Assembly: GCA_965649825.1 (NCBI GenBank)
Contig: OZ287716.1
Coordinates: forward strand, 17,678-81,677
Length of the DNA stretch: 64,000 nucleotides
Direction: 5' to 3'
From: Penicillus capitatus
Taxonomy: Eukaryota > Plantae > Chlorophyta
Shown: piece after piece, positions 40,676 through 51,968 of the stretch
Numbering within the stretch: the first letter of the stretch is position 1
Layout of the letters: every line of letters starts with the position of its first letter
The notes under the pieces: model-generated
Seen by the model: the letters and a program-made list of their open reading frames with translations, nothing else
Databases searched by the model: none
What the model was told of the DNA's origin: nothing
Position numbers and translations under genes: made by a program

Positions 40676-42612
40676 TCAGGAAAGCACTTTCATGGTGTAC
40701 AGCATGGTTTGCGGTCGCTTTGAATCGTCCTGGCAATGGAGAGAGATAATGAGGCCTCGTGATAGGATATCCCGAGCAAAGCTGACAGTTCCAGTCAGAT
40801 TTCCAGACATCGAATGCTTCAAAGCCAATACTGTCTGACACCAATGTGTCGAGGGACTGTCTGGAGAGGTATCAATCTTGACGACAGGTGAAGTTTTCTG
40901 AAATTCGATATCGAACCACAAGACAATGGCAGAGATCTTGACATCGGATGACCTTGGAAACTTCGATATCAATGCAAACTCGGTCGTGAATTCAGAATCC
41001 TGTACCGCCATGCATCGAATGTCAAATTCCTAAGAAATCCGCATTGACCTTTGAAAGGGTTTTGGCAAGTGGGGATGGTTTGCTTACCTGGATGCAGAAA
41101 GCATTTGTGAGAATCTCTTCTGAAGAAACAGAATGGATCGTTGGCACTGATTGGGCTTGTTGAATGATATCGTCTGCGATGGACGTCATAGAGAAGCCGT
41201 AAACATCCTACCATCGAAACACACCTCTCCTGAGCACCCCGGATGTTTTTCTCACCTTCCAGAAAGCGGTATCCATAGCTCCCTCCGAAGCGCCGGCCAT
41301 CAGAAGCCGTGCTTTATCAGGGAAGACAAGACCATCGGGCTTTAACCACCGGTCACGTGCGTAGAGGACCTTGAAAGTGAAGGAATTGATTTGTGGAAAA
41401 GGGCAGGTATGTCTTACGGAGCTCAGCATGGATTCAAAGAGCAATGCGTAGCCCATCCACTCGCTCACAATAACATCCACGTTCTCGAGATCGACATCGA
41501 CATCGATGTCTTCCACTTTGCTGTGAAATACATGGATCCTGTCCTGAAACCCATTCTCGCTGACCACGCGCTCTGCCATAGAGGCTGGCCACCGACTGGC
41601 ATCCACAGCGTAAACACGTTCTGCTCCTGCTCTGCATGCCATCAAAGACAGAATTCCAGTGCCACAGCCGACATCCATTACGGTCTTCCCTCGAAACAGA
41701 TGACCATTGTCTTCAATCGCCCTCCGATATGCTTCTGTGCGCACCTGTATGACGACGATACATTCAAGAGGGCATGGCTCTCGTCTTTGGAGAGAAGAAC
41801 CTTATCAGAGAGCATTTCTCTATGAATCGATTCTAAGCTGTAGGACTGAAAGTAGGCTTTATCTGATGCACAGTCCGCATGACGAAGAGGGGATGACCTT
41901 GATAGAGTGATATCTCCCATCGCTTCGGATCGTAGGACTGACGAAATCCCTTCTCTTCCTGCATCATTTAGTTTAAGCCATTCCAATTCCTGCTTCAGTT
42001 TCAAGTTCTCCAGCCGTAAGGCGGTGATCTGTTCAGATCGCTCATGCATTGCCGTCTCCTCACTGCGCGTCGCATCACACATCTGACTGGCAGGAGAATG
42101 AAAACAGATATTGAATAGCGGCATCAGGAATGGCGTCCATCACTTTTTGATGAGCTCGCCAAAGTCCACAGAAAGGAAGGCATCCTCTGGGTCGGTCGGC
42201 ATTAAGTACGTTTCTCCTTGCCAGATTTTGTGTTGCTTTCCCTCTGATTTCAGTTCCTGACAGAATGCCATTACCGCTTTAACATCTGCTTCTAGGCTTC
42301 TCAGATAGTTGATCAACTTGATCACGTCATACTCGCCGAGGTCTAGCTGTATTCATACATAGGTCACTCTTCAGATCGCCAGCCGTCACATCAATGTCGA
42401 ATCACCTGTTGAATGAGAGCTAACAAGTCCAGGGAACCTTGTGTGATACGTCTGTCGTGATCGAGCGCTTCCATAAGCGTTTCGTAACACGTCTCTCCAA
42501 AGAAAGGCCGGAAGCGCAACGCGTCGTTGTCTTCATCAGAAAAATTCCAAGAGCAGTCATCCTCTTCTTCCCGGTTTTCATCTTCGGGGGTCTTTTGGAT
42601 TACAGTCGACAT
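40676..42612 (-). CDS. PRMT3: Type I protein arginine N-methyltransferase, PRMT3-like
   Basis: YFQSYS..IHREMLSDKVRTEAYR, VMDVGCGTGILS, VDVIVSEWMGYALLFESML and THWCQT. The N-terminal IKLINYLRS and YLMP..D motifs are typical of PRMT3. Confidence 0.88.
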
Positions 42613-42852
42613 TTACAACACGCGGTCACTCAGTAAAGAAGAATTGTTGCCTGTCCAATGATGTTATAAAGGTCCGACTTCCAGCGATCAAGGTGCCCGA
42701 GATGATGCTTCACACGTGAATAGCAGTCTAGCCCAATAAATCTACACTTGTTTGTTGTTAGCTTCCCTGATGTTTTTTAATTTCCACGCAATCCCTTCAT
42801 TACAGATCGCTTATTTTGCATGGTAAGTGAAGTACCCATCTGGGGTATAAGC

Positions 42853-43658
42853 TTAAGCTAAACTTTGCGCAATGGCTGTTCCATTACTCAATAAGTACTT
42901 GTTCTTCGACATCGTCTTTTTCTGAAAGAGTTCCCACTCAGTGTTTCGCGACACATGTGGCGTTGGTGCCCGAGTGGTAATGAAGTTTGCATACTTCGAT
43001 ATAAACTGCTCCTGGCAGTAACTTTCGACAGCGGACCGGCAGCGAAGCTTTCGAACTTTTGAAATAGCATCTGTCGGAGATGTAGCCATCTTTAATTTCA
43101 ATAGCAGACACGAGGCAATCAATCCCGCCCTCCCTACGCCGCCACGACAATGAATGATCATGACCTCTCCATCGGACAACCTATCGTCACCACACATATT
43201 TGACCGAGAATGCATTGGGGTGAACGAAAGGGCGACTTTGATTGCACGAGCTCGATGAATGCTGCCGCCTTCTTTAATGAATCCGGTGCAGCCATTTCGA
43301 CAATCGGGAAAGACAGGAATTGAATGCCTTTCGACCGAACGCCTTGTTCATAGTTTCGCAGCTTCAGACTCGCGAGTTCAGCTTGACTGAGGAGGCAGAG
43401 AATTGTGGTAACGCCGAAATTCGTTTTGAGTCGCTCTAAATCCATTTCCAGACTGCGTGACCAGCGCACTCCGCGACGACAGACAGTTTTTCCAGGGCAG
43501 AAAGTCAAACCAAATCGACCACCCGAACTGCTTTTCGCCACCCAACTGACGTTCATGGGATGCGTCTCTGATGTCCGCACAGGGGATGAGGGTGTCGGCG
43601 TTGCCGTCATATCCACGGGCGTTCTCCGCGCATTGCATGGAGGCGCGAACGTCACCAT
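42853..43658 (-). CDS. CDKN3-like dual-specificity/tyrosine phosphatase
   Basis: GLTFCPGK, RSLEMDLERL, FPIVEMAAP and an intact CX5R signature HCRGGVGRAG. Confidence 0.85.
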
Positions 43659-44441
43659 CTGTCTGGGGGGCGTTAAAGAAGGAGTGGTGTTTTAAATAAC
43701 GCAGAGCAAAAATTGGGAAACGTTTGTGGTATCAAAGAGTCGCTGCGCTCAAAATGTGGCATGTAAGCGAAATCATCGACGTACGTCGCGATCGTCGTTC
43801 GTTCATTTCAGTGGACATCGATTTCTCCGCACAGATTCTGATGGATCCAAGATCCGTCCGCATTTGACGAAAACGTCAGAGATCATGAACACCACAGAAA
43901 ATGAACATGACGACAGCTGTCAGGCAGAAATGCCACGAGAGGCATTCGGAGAGGATAATACTCGACCGCTTACCATTGTGTGGTCGCCGTTGCTCGATGG
44001 ACAGAGTCCGGGAAGGAACCAATGGTTCGGCTAAATGACACGAGCTTCGTTCGCTGCGATGCTCTGTGACTTCCGTTCATCCATGGACACATGATGCTGC
44101 GTGTCAACAACGACCACTTTGAGTGGACCTATCACGTCGGTCTTGAAGTCAAATGGCTCTTCGGCGTTCAGATGCATCTATCATATGTCGCTCACATATG
44201 AAGACAGCCATAGAATGCGCTCTTTCTCCTGTCATCGCAAGAAGGGCTTTACTCTGTCCAAGCGAACAGCGAATGCAAACAATGCAGCGGTGAAGAAGCT
44301 GGGGGTCTCCCGTCGAATGCCTCCAAAACCGTCATCGCGGTTGTGTAGCGTGTTGTGGTCGTGGGTGCGTTCGCCGAGTACGCTGCTTTTTCTGCTCTTT
44401 CATTTCCGTCCCTCCGGCACGTTTGAACATCAATTATTTAA

Positions 44442-44948
44442 ATGCAACTTCGAAGACGTGGAAATCGTGGAGGTCGTGCTGGAGGACGTCCAATTAGAGA
44501 AAAGGCAACGACAACGGTAGCGAACAGACGTCCGACCTTCTCGCCGTATCGTTCAAGAGGCACGCGCGGTGGTCGAGGGAGAGGCATTGTTTCGCGCGAA
44601 CGTCCTTCAACAACTGGCAGAGGGACCCCCGTCAAACGCCCATTCGCATCGAAAACGGGCTTCGTTTCTGCACGAGGCCGCGGCCGTGGACGTGTGCCCT
44701 TTGCTGGACGTGGTATTGATAAAAGACGTGGCCGAGGACGCAGCCGTGGTCGTGGTCGGACTGACACATCCAGACAAGCCATCGCCCAAAAGAAAGGCCT
44801 CAGTGGTGCTCAGTTGGATAAAGACCTGGAAGAGTATTTCAAATCCGATCCCGAATTCTCGGAGAGAAAGTTAGATACCGAAATGGAAGAGTATTGGTCG
44901 CATCGTCCGGCAGATGAAGAAGGGGCGATGGACGCCGACGCCGCTTAA
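44442..44948 (+). CDS. RGG-rich RNA-binding protein with C-terminal FoP/CHTOP-like duplicated motif
   Basis: RG/RGG-rich body, then LSGAQLDKDLEEYF and KLDTEMEEYW. Confidence 0.75.
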   Translation: MQLRRRGNRGGRAGGRPIREKATTTVANRRPTFSPYRSRGTRGGRGRGIVSRERPSTTGRGTPVKRPFASKTGFVSARGRGRGRVPFAGRGIDKRRGRGRSRGRGRTDTSRQAIAQKKGLSGAQLDKDLEEYFKSDPEFSERKLDTEMEEYWSHRPADEEGAMDADAA

Positions 44949-45010
44949 TGCTGTCTGTCTGTCATCTTGTGTTAATTGGATCTGCGTGGATTTAAAAGAA
45001 CCATCGCACT

Positions 45011-47121
45011 ATGCTGCCCACCGAGGAAGACGTGAAGCGCCGTCGCGTTGCGGAAAACTGGAGTCTGCGACGACGCCAAGCCAAACTGCATGCCGAATTC
45101 GAATTTCTCAGCCGCGAAGTAGGCGCTCCCTATCGCCGCCGTTTTCGACCGGTGCGTGTTACAGTGCGTTCAGCTTTGTCACAAACGCTTTCTCAAACCG
45201 TCCATCGATTCGATCGAACTCTCCGAGATCGAAGAGAAGTTCTTGAAGGACTTGAAGGAACGCAAGCTGAAAGAGGTGGTTACGAAACAGTGCCTCAGCG
45301 TCATTAAGTTTCTCATGAGCCAAAAGGTAAGAGACATCCATGGCTGAGCGCGTGCAGGTGATGATCCATGATGCATCGTGCAGTTGCTGTCGTATCCGTT
45401 CAACGAACCGGTAGATACCATCATGTACAGAGATTATCTAAACTATGTCCGGACGCCCATGGACTTTGGAACTATCAAAGGAAACATTTCCCAGTACAAG
45501 AATCCGACAGAGTTCGAAGCGGATGTGCGGTTGGTCTTTGATAACGCAAGGAAGTACAATGCCCCGGGGACAGATGTCAGAGAGATGGCACGTGCATTGG
45601 AGGCAAAATTCGAAGAGAAGTGGACGAAATCCGTTGTGCCTCGACTGGAGGAATTAAAAGTCAATGAGATCGAAGATCAGATCGCTTTTAAACAAAGCAA
45701 AGCTGACAATTCAACGATGGAGGCCGAGACAAGAGTCGACGAATGTTGTCGCCTGCTGCTGAATCGACTCCAGGTCCTGTTGTCTTTTATCCTGATGACA
45801 ATGATCTTAGAGATCTGATTGCGATATCTAGGTACTGTCCGAGGAATTAAAGTCGGTTCAGTGCCTGGCAGCAGCTCAATGTGTCACTTTGCCCGAGGAT
45901 GAACGATTGCGATTGGGATGGGAATTGACGACGTTGGCGCCAGAGCAGTTCCAACACGCTGTGAATTTAGTTCTGATGCGACATCCAGGATTGGTGGCGA
46001 CCATGCGAGATAACACAATCGAATTTGACATCAACAAAATGGATTGTCTTACTTTGAGGCAGCTGCAAGACTACATCCATGACTGCTCAAAAGAGAAGAG
46101 CAGGGCAGAGGAACGTGGTGGTCCGCTGGAAACGCCGCCCGTCAGAAAACGTCGTCGACGCTGGCCGTCGCCTTCACGTACACACATCTGCCTTTTCACA
46201 CGATCTCTATCTCACGACCTTCCGCAGGACATGTGGACGAAGGTGTCGATCCGTACTGGCCTGTCGAAGGACAAGGCGTTCACTGGCCAAAGGTCGCACT
46301 CGGTAATGGTCTGAAGCCCTACGATGCAGAAGTGGAACCATTCATTCCACCCAGTGCAGAAGAACCTCTGTCTCTACCCTTCTCGTCTGTTTTTATGCAT
46401 CATCAGCAAAACCTGCAGCGTGAATCCGATACCCCTCCTGAAAACTCTCCGGTACACATTCAAGTAGAAGACTCTGCGCTGTCTTCGCCGCCTTCGACAG
46501 CGGTCTCCACCAACCAGATCCCGATATTTCTTCCTTTGCCCCGCTCACCGAGGGATGCAGAGACGAATGCGTTTTACGGTGGAGATACTGCTGGTCTATC
46601 CGAAATCGTTTTGCCCCCACCCTATTCTGTTCTGTCGATGTTGCCTCCGCAGAGCACAGATCTTATGTATCAACAGCAGACATTGCCTGCAACACAAGAG
46701 GCCGTTTTGCAACCGATGTCCAACACGCCTTGTCTCAGTGGTAGGTCACATCTCACTTATGTTTGTAAGATTTTTGTCCTCTTTAGTTTCGGACATATCT
46801 CCTCCCACTGTGTTGGTCCCAACCGCTGGATTGGCGGCCATTCCGTTGGTTCCGGTATCTCAGCCGACGAGTCAGTTCCCTCCTTTCTTCACGGCAAATA
46901 TTCGGCCGCCATTTGCAGCGCCGTTGAATCCGAGTGCTCCCCTTCCTATATCACCACCTGAGTCTCCTGCCGTTGGACCTGCATCCCATCCATTCATTGC
47001 CGGTTTTCCTCCTTCCCCTATTCCAGAGCCTACAGCTACACTAGAGGCTTTCACTGCTCCAATTTCATCCACTGCGACAACAATACCAGTCACATCAAGC
47101 GGAGATATTCAACTGGGATAA
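45011..47121 (+). CDS. BET/GTE-type bromodomain plus extra-terminal (NET) domain protein
   Basis: PFNEPVD..DYLNYVRTPMDFGTIK..DVRLVFDNARKYN (bromodomain), ERLRLGWEL..IEFDINKMDCLTLRQL (ET domain) and a Pro-rich tail. Confidence 0.9.
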
Positions 47122-47409
47122 GGAGCTTAAAAGTTGAACATTGTACATAAAAGGAACGTTCGATAGAGGCATAAAGCATGTTCTTTGTTTTCGTTTAAAA
47201 TTCAAAGTTATAATCCAAACATGAGCTATCCACACGAAAAAATTCATCAAGCGTCGCACTACGGTCGGCGCTACGAATGGCAACAGAAAAAATTACACGT
47301 CCCTAAAACGCAACACCGATCGCCGAAAATTCTCAGATCTCTGCCAGCGTCACGGACGTCATCCGAGCAATCGAGATCTCACCGTGAAGCCCCAGGCTTC
47401 CAATCAGAA

Positions 47410-49560
47410 ACAGACGTCAGGTAAGACGCCCATGACTGCCTTCGATCGCTGTGAAGGCATCCAGTAGCAGCAGGAGATAGAGTAGGACGCCGCCACGACG
47501 GCCTCCAGTGGCCGAGAAGGCATCCAGTGGAGGCATGAGATAGGGTAGGATGCCCACGACGGCCTTTGCGCCGCCGCCAGACGTCAGATAGGACGCCGCC
47601 GCTGTGGCCTTCAATCGTTGTGAAGGCATCCAGCAGCAGAAGATAGAGTAGGACGCCCATGACGGCCTTTGCGCCGCCGCCAGACGTCAGATAGGACGCC
47701 GCCACGACAGACTCGAACGGCCGAGAAGGCATCCAGTAGCAGCAGGAGATAGAGTAGGACGCCGCCACGACCGATTCGAGTGGCCGAGAAGGCATCCAGT
47801 AGCAGCAGGAGATAGAGTAGGATGCCCATGACGGCCTTTGCGCCGCCGCCAGACGTCAGATAGGACGCCGCCCCTGCGGCCTTCAATCGCTGTGAAGGCA
47901 TCCAGTAGCAGCAGGAGATAGAGTAGGACGCCCATGACGGCCTTTGCGCCGCCACCAGAGGTCAGATAGGACGCCGCCGCCGCGGCCTTCAATCGCTGTG
48001 AAGGCATCCAGTAGCAGCAGGAGATAGAGTAGGACGCCCATGACGGCCTTTGCGCCGCCGCCAGAGGTCAGGTAGGACGCCGCCACGATAGACTCGAACG
48101 GCCGAGAAGGCATCCAGTAGCAGCAAGAGATAGAGGAGGACGCCGCCACGACGGCCTCCAGTGGCCGAGAAGGCATCCAGTAGAGGCAGGAGATAAAGTA
48201 GGATGCCCATGACGGCCTTTGCGCCGCCGCCAGAGGTCAGGTAGGACGCCGCCACGATAGACTCGAACGGCCGAGAAGGCATCCAGTAGCAGCAAGAGAT
48301 AGAGGAGGACGCCGCCACGACGGCCTCCAGTGGCCGAGAAGGCATCCAGTAGAGGCAGGAGATAAAGTAGGATGCCCATGACGGCTTCTCTTAGCCGCCA
48401 CCAGAGGTGAAATAGGACGCCGCCACGACGGCCTTCGGTCGCTGTGAAGGCATCCAGTAGAGGCAGGAGATAAAGTAGGATGCCCATGACGGCCTTTGCG
48501 CCGCCGCCAGAGGTCAGATAGGACGCCGCCACGACAGACTCGAGTGGCCGAGAAGGCATCTAGTAGCAGCAGAAGATAGAGTAGAATGCCCATGACGGCC
48601 TTTGCGCCGCCGCCAGAGGTCAGTTTGGACGCCGCCGCCAGAGGTCAGGTTGGACGCCGCCGCCGCGGCCTTCAATCGCTGTGAAGGCATCCAGTAGCAG
48701 CAAGAGATAGAGTAGGATGCCCATGACGGCCTTTGCGCCGCCACCAGAGGTCAGATAGGACGCCGCCGCCGCGGCCTTCAATCGCTGTGAAGGCATCTAG
48801 TAGCAGCAGAAGATAGAGTAGGATGCCCATGACGGCCTTTGCGCCGCCGCCAGAGGTCAGGTAGGACGCCGCCACGATAGACTCGAACGGCCGAGAAGGC
48901 ATCCAGTAGCAGCAAGAGATAGAGGAGGAGGCCGCCACGACGGCCTCCAGTGGCCGAGAAGGCATCCAGTAGAGGCAGGAGATAAAGTAGGATGCCCATG
49001 ACGGCTTCTCTTAGCCGCCACCAGAGGTGAAATAGGACGCCGCCACGACGGCCTTCGGTCGCTGTGAAGGCATCCAGTAGAGGCAGGAGATAAAGTAGGA
49101 TGCCCATGACGGCCTTTGCGCCGCCGCCAGAGGTCAGATAGGACACCGCCACGACAGACTCGAGTGGCCGAGAAGGCATCTAGTAGCAGCAGAAGATAGA
49201 GTAGGATGCCCATGACGGCCTTTGCGCCGCCGCCAGAGGTCAGGTTGGACGCCGCCGCCAGAGGTCAGGTTGGACGCCGCCGCCGCGGCCTTCAATCGCT
49301 GTGAAGGCATCTAGTAGCAGCAGAAGATAGAGTAGGACGCCCACGACGGCCTTTGCACCGCCTCCAATAGTCAGGTAGGACGCCGCCACGACGGCCTCCA
49401 GTGGGCGACAAGGCATCCAGTAGCAGCGGAGATAGAGTAGGACGCCCACGACGGCCTTTGCGCCGCCGCCAGACGTCAGGTAGGACGCCGCCACGACGGC
49501 CTCCAGTGGCCGACAAGGCATCCAGTAGCAGCAGGTGATAGAGTAGGACGCCCATGAGGG
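47410..49560. repeat. GC-rich minisatellite array A1, built from alternating ~45-nt and ~60-63-nt monomers
   Basis: Recurrent GGCCTTTGCGCCGCCGCCAGA(C/G)GTCAG(A/G)TAGGACGCC and GAAGGCATCCAGTAGCAGCAGGAGATAGAGTAGGA(C/T)GCC. Unit lengths are not multiples of 3, so reading frames shift. Confidence 0.95.
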
Positions 49561-49619
49561 CCTCCAATGTCGGCACAAGCAGTAAGTTGAACTTCCATGA
49601 TGTAATTTTCTCTCTAATC

Positions 49620-49985
49620 ACATTGTGACCATAATCAGACAGGCGATCCAGGTCGGTCTCCACAGCCTCAGCAGCAGTATGATCATCAGACAGGTCATCC
49701 AGGTCGATCTCCACAGCCTCAGCAGCAGTATGATCATCAGACAGGTCATCCAGGTCGGTCTCCACAGCCTCAGCAGCAGTATGATCATCAGACAGGTCAT
49801 CCAGGTCGGTCTCCACAGCCTCAGCAGCAGTATGATCATCAGACAGGTCATCCAGGTCGGTCTCCACAGCCTCAGCTTCAGCAACACATCAGACAGGTCA
49901 TCCAGGTCGGTCTCGACAGCCTCAGCTTCAGCAACATCATCAGACAGGTCATCCAGGTCAGTCTCGATAGCCTCAGCAGCAGCAA
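49620..49985. repeat. 51-nt tandem array B1 (degenerate copies continue to about 50250)
   Basis: Unit TCAGACAGGTCATCCAGGTCGGTCTCCACAGCCTCAGCAGCAGTATGATCA in about 4-5 near-identical copies, followed by diverged copies. Confidence 0.95.
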
Positions 49986-50608
49986 GACATCATGCAGGTA
50001 ATCCAAATCGGCCTCCGGCCTCCAATAACAGACAAACAGCACATAGATCATCCATAACAGCTCTAGCCTCAAATCGCAACAAAACGGCAGACAGATCATC
50101 CATGTGGGCCCTAGCGTCCGACAGCAGCAAGACATCATGCAGGTAATCCAAGTCGGCCTCCAATCACCGCCAGACATCGGGAGAAAACTCGCAGCCTTCT
50201 TACAGCAAAACGGCAGATTTAACACAGCCTCCAATATAAAACACAGCAAATGAGATTCCTACATTCTCCAGGCAAAAAAACAGCCAACACAGAGCCAACC
50301 ACAACAAAGCGGAGGTGGTATGGCAGAGAAACATCTAAGAACGAAAACAGCCCCTTTGCAGATTTTTGTTTTTTTTTATTTTTTTAGTCACACTTTTTAG
50401 AGTGTGACTTTCTTTATTTCTTTTTTTCTTTATTTTTCTCACACAGAAAAAGTGTGAGATGAGAGAAGAGAAGAAAATTTTTTGTGTTTTTTGTTTTTTT
50501 TCTCGCACAGAAAAAGTGTGAGATGAGACAAGAGAAGAATTTTTTGTGTTTTTTGTGATTTTTATGCCCACAAGAAAACAGATTGAAACCCCCACAGAGA
50601 CCTGGCCC

Positions 50609-51867
50609 CTATTCATGCCAATTCTGGACAGAAACCTACATAAAAAGCAAAGCATAAGAGTGACTAAAAAAGAGTTCGACTTACGCATTGTCCCGACATG
50701 AAGAACATGCGTTGCGGGATCACTGGCGGGCAGATTGCAACGCACTGGCCGGACATAAAATAGGGACGGGGATGGAATCCAGGTGGGCTGACTGAAAAGA
50801 TGAACGGACGGTGAGGGATCGGAGGTGGTTGATTCAGGGAAAAAACCGATGTCCGCACGGGGAAGGGAGGTGGACGTGCAGGTAGGGAGAAACGTAGGGG
50901 ACGAGATGGGATTAACGGCGCAGGAGATGCAGGAATGCAGAATACCTGTGGCCGTGGGGGAAACAAAGGAGATTGGGCATTCTGAAAGGAGGGTGGGGAA
51001 AGGATGGGCTGCGGAGTGGGAGAAGGGGACCATTCCATGTTGGGCGACTGGGCAGACTGGCTGGCAGGAGGAGGTGTAGCTGACTGACTGGCTGGAGGAG
51101 GTGAAATGGAAGAAGGGCACCACTCCATGTGTGGCGGCTGTAATGCTGGCGGCTGTGGCGCCTGAGGGACAGGAGGAGGAGCAGAGAAGGCAGGCTGGCT
51201 AGATGCCGGCTGCGAGACGGGAGGAGCGGCAGGATGGTCGGAGGCTGTCGGAGCGGCAGGATGGTCGGAGGCTGTCGGAGCGGCACGCTGCGAGACCGAC
51301 GGCGGCACGGTCTGCTGGGATGAGGGCGGCGGCGATGGTGGCCGGACGGGAGGCGGCTGAGCTGCAGGCTGGCCCTCTTGGGCCAACCGCGCTTGCCTCT
51401 CCGCGATCGAGAGGACCCTAGCCCTGCGCCCGGGCCGAGGCTGTGCGCGTTGGTCCCTATTGGGACCAAAGCGCACAGGAGGGGCCCGCTCCTCGAGGAG
51501 CTGTTGGCCCCTCAGAGCGGTCGATTGGGCCTTAAGGTCCCAATACAGCCGCTCCCTCTCGGCCGGGTCAATGCCCACGAAGGCCCTAGGCGGTCGATTG
51601 CCCAGGACCTCCTCTAATGTCACCTGGGCGAAGCTAGAAAACACACAGAGGTTAGTGAACCCTAGAAGAACAGGGCGGTCGCGCGTTCACGGCAGCGCGC
51701 AACCGCCGTCGTCTGGACTGCAGTTGGACGCTTGCATGTGCACAGCAAGCGTCCAGGCTGCAGTTGAAGAGCTCGTAAGCGCGCGACTCGTTGAAGCATG
51801 GCCACAGGACTCACGGTTTGCCCGGATAGCCGTAATCAGCTTCCGTAAACATGTGTGCGTCGGCCAT
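50609..51867 (-). CDS. Orphan proline-rich protein, copy 1 (4 predicted exons)
   Basis: ATG at 51867. Predicted introns are 51718-51814, 51634-51690 (CACTAAC branch point) and 50636-50684. The product reads MADAHMFTEADYGYPGK..FAQVTLEEVLG..(Pro-rich)..FMSGQCVSVQNWHE*. A paralog lies at 63381-64000. Confidence 0.65.
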
Positions 51868-51962
51868 TGTCGTGGAAGTCGGTTGTCAGAGAGAGCAGCA
51901 AAGATCGCCAGAAGCAGCAGAGAAACCCGAAACTCGAGTGCGGAAGGCTCTGCGATGCGACC

Positions 51963-51968
51963 TTTATA
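51963..51968 (-). promoter_or_regulatory. Candidate TATA box (CCTATAAAGG) of the Pro-rich gene
   Basis: An isolated TATAAA in a very GC-rich context, about 95 nt upstream of the ATG at 51867. Confidence 0.5.

Noticed and set aside
47379-49580. The many Leu/Arg-rich ORFs called in array A1, and similar ORFs in A2 and B2
   Set aside because: They arise from non-triplet repeat units read in shifting frames and have no coherent start or splice structure.
49620-49985. Hammerhead ribozyme array (CTGATGA in the 51-nt unit, minus strand)
   Set aside because: No stem II followed by GAAA can be formed.
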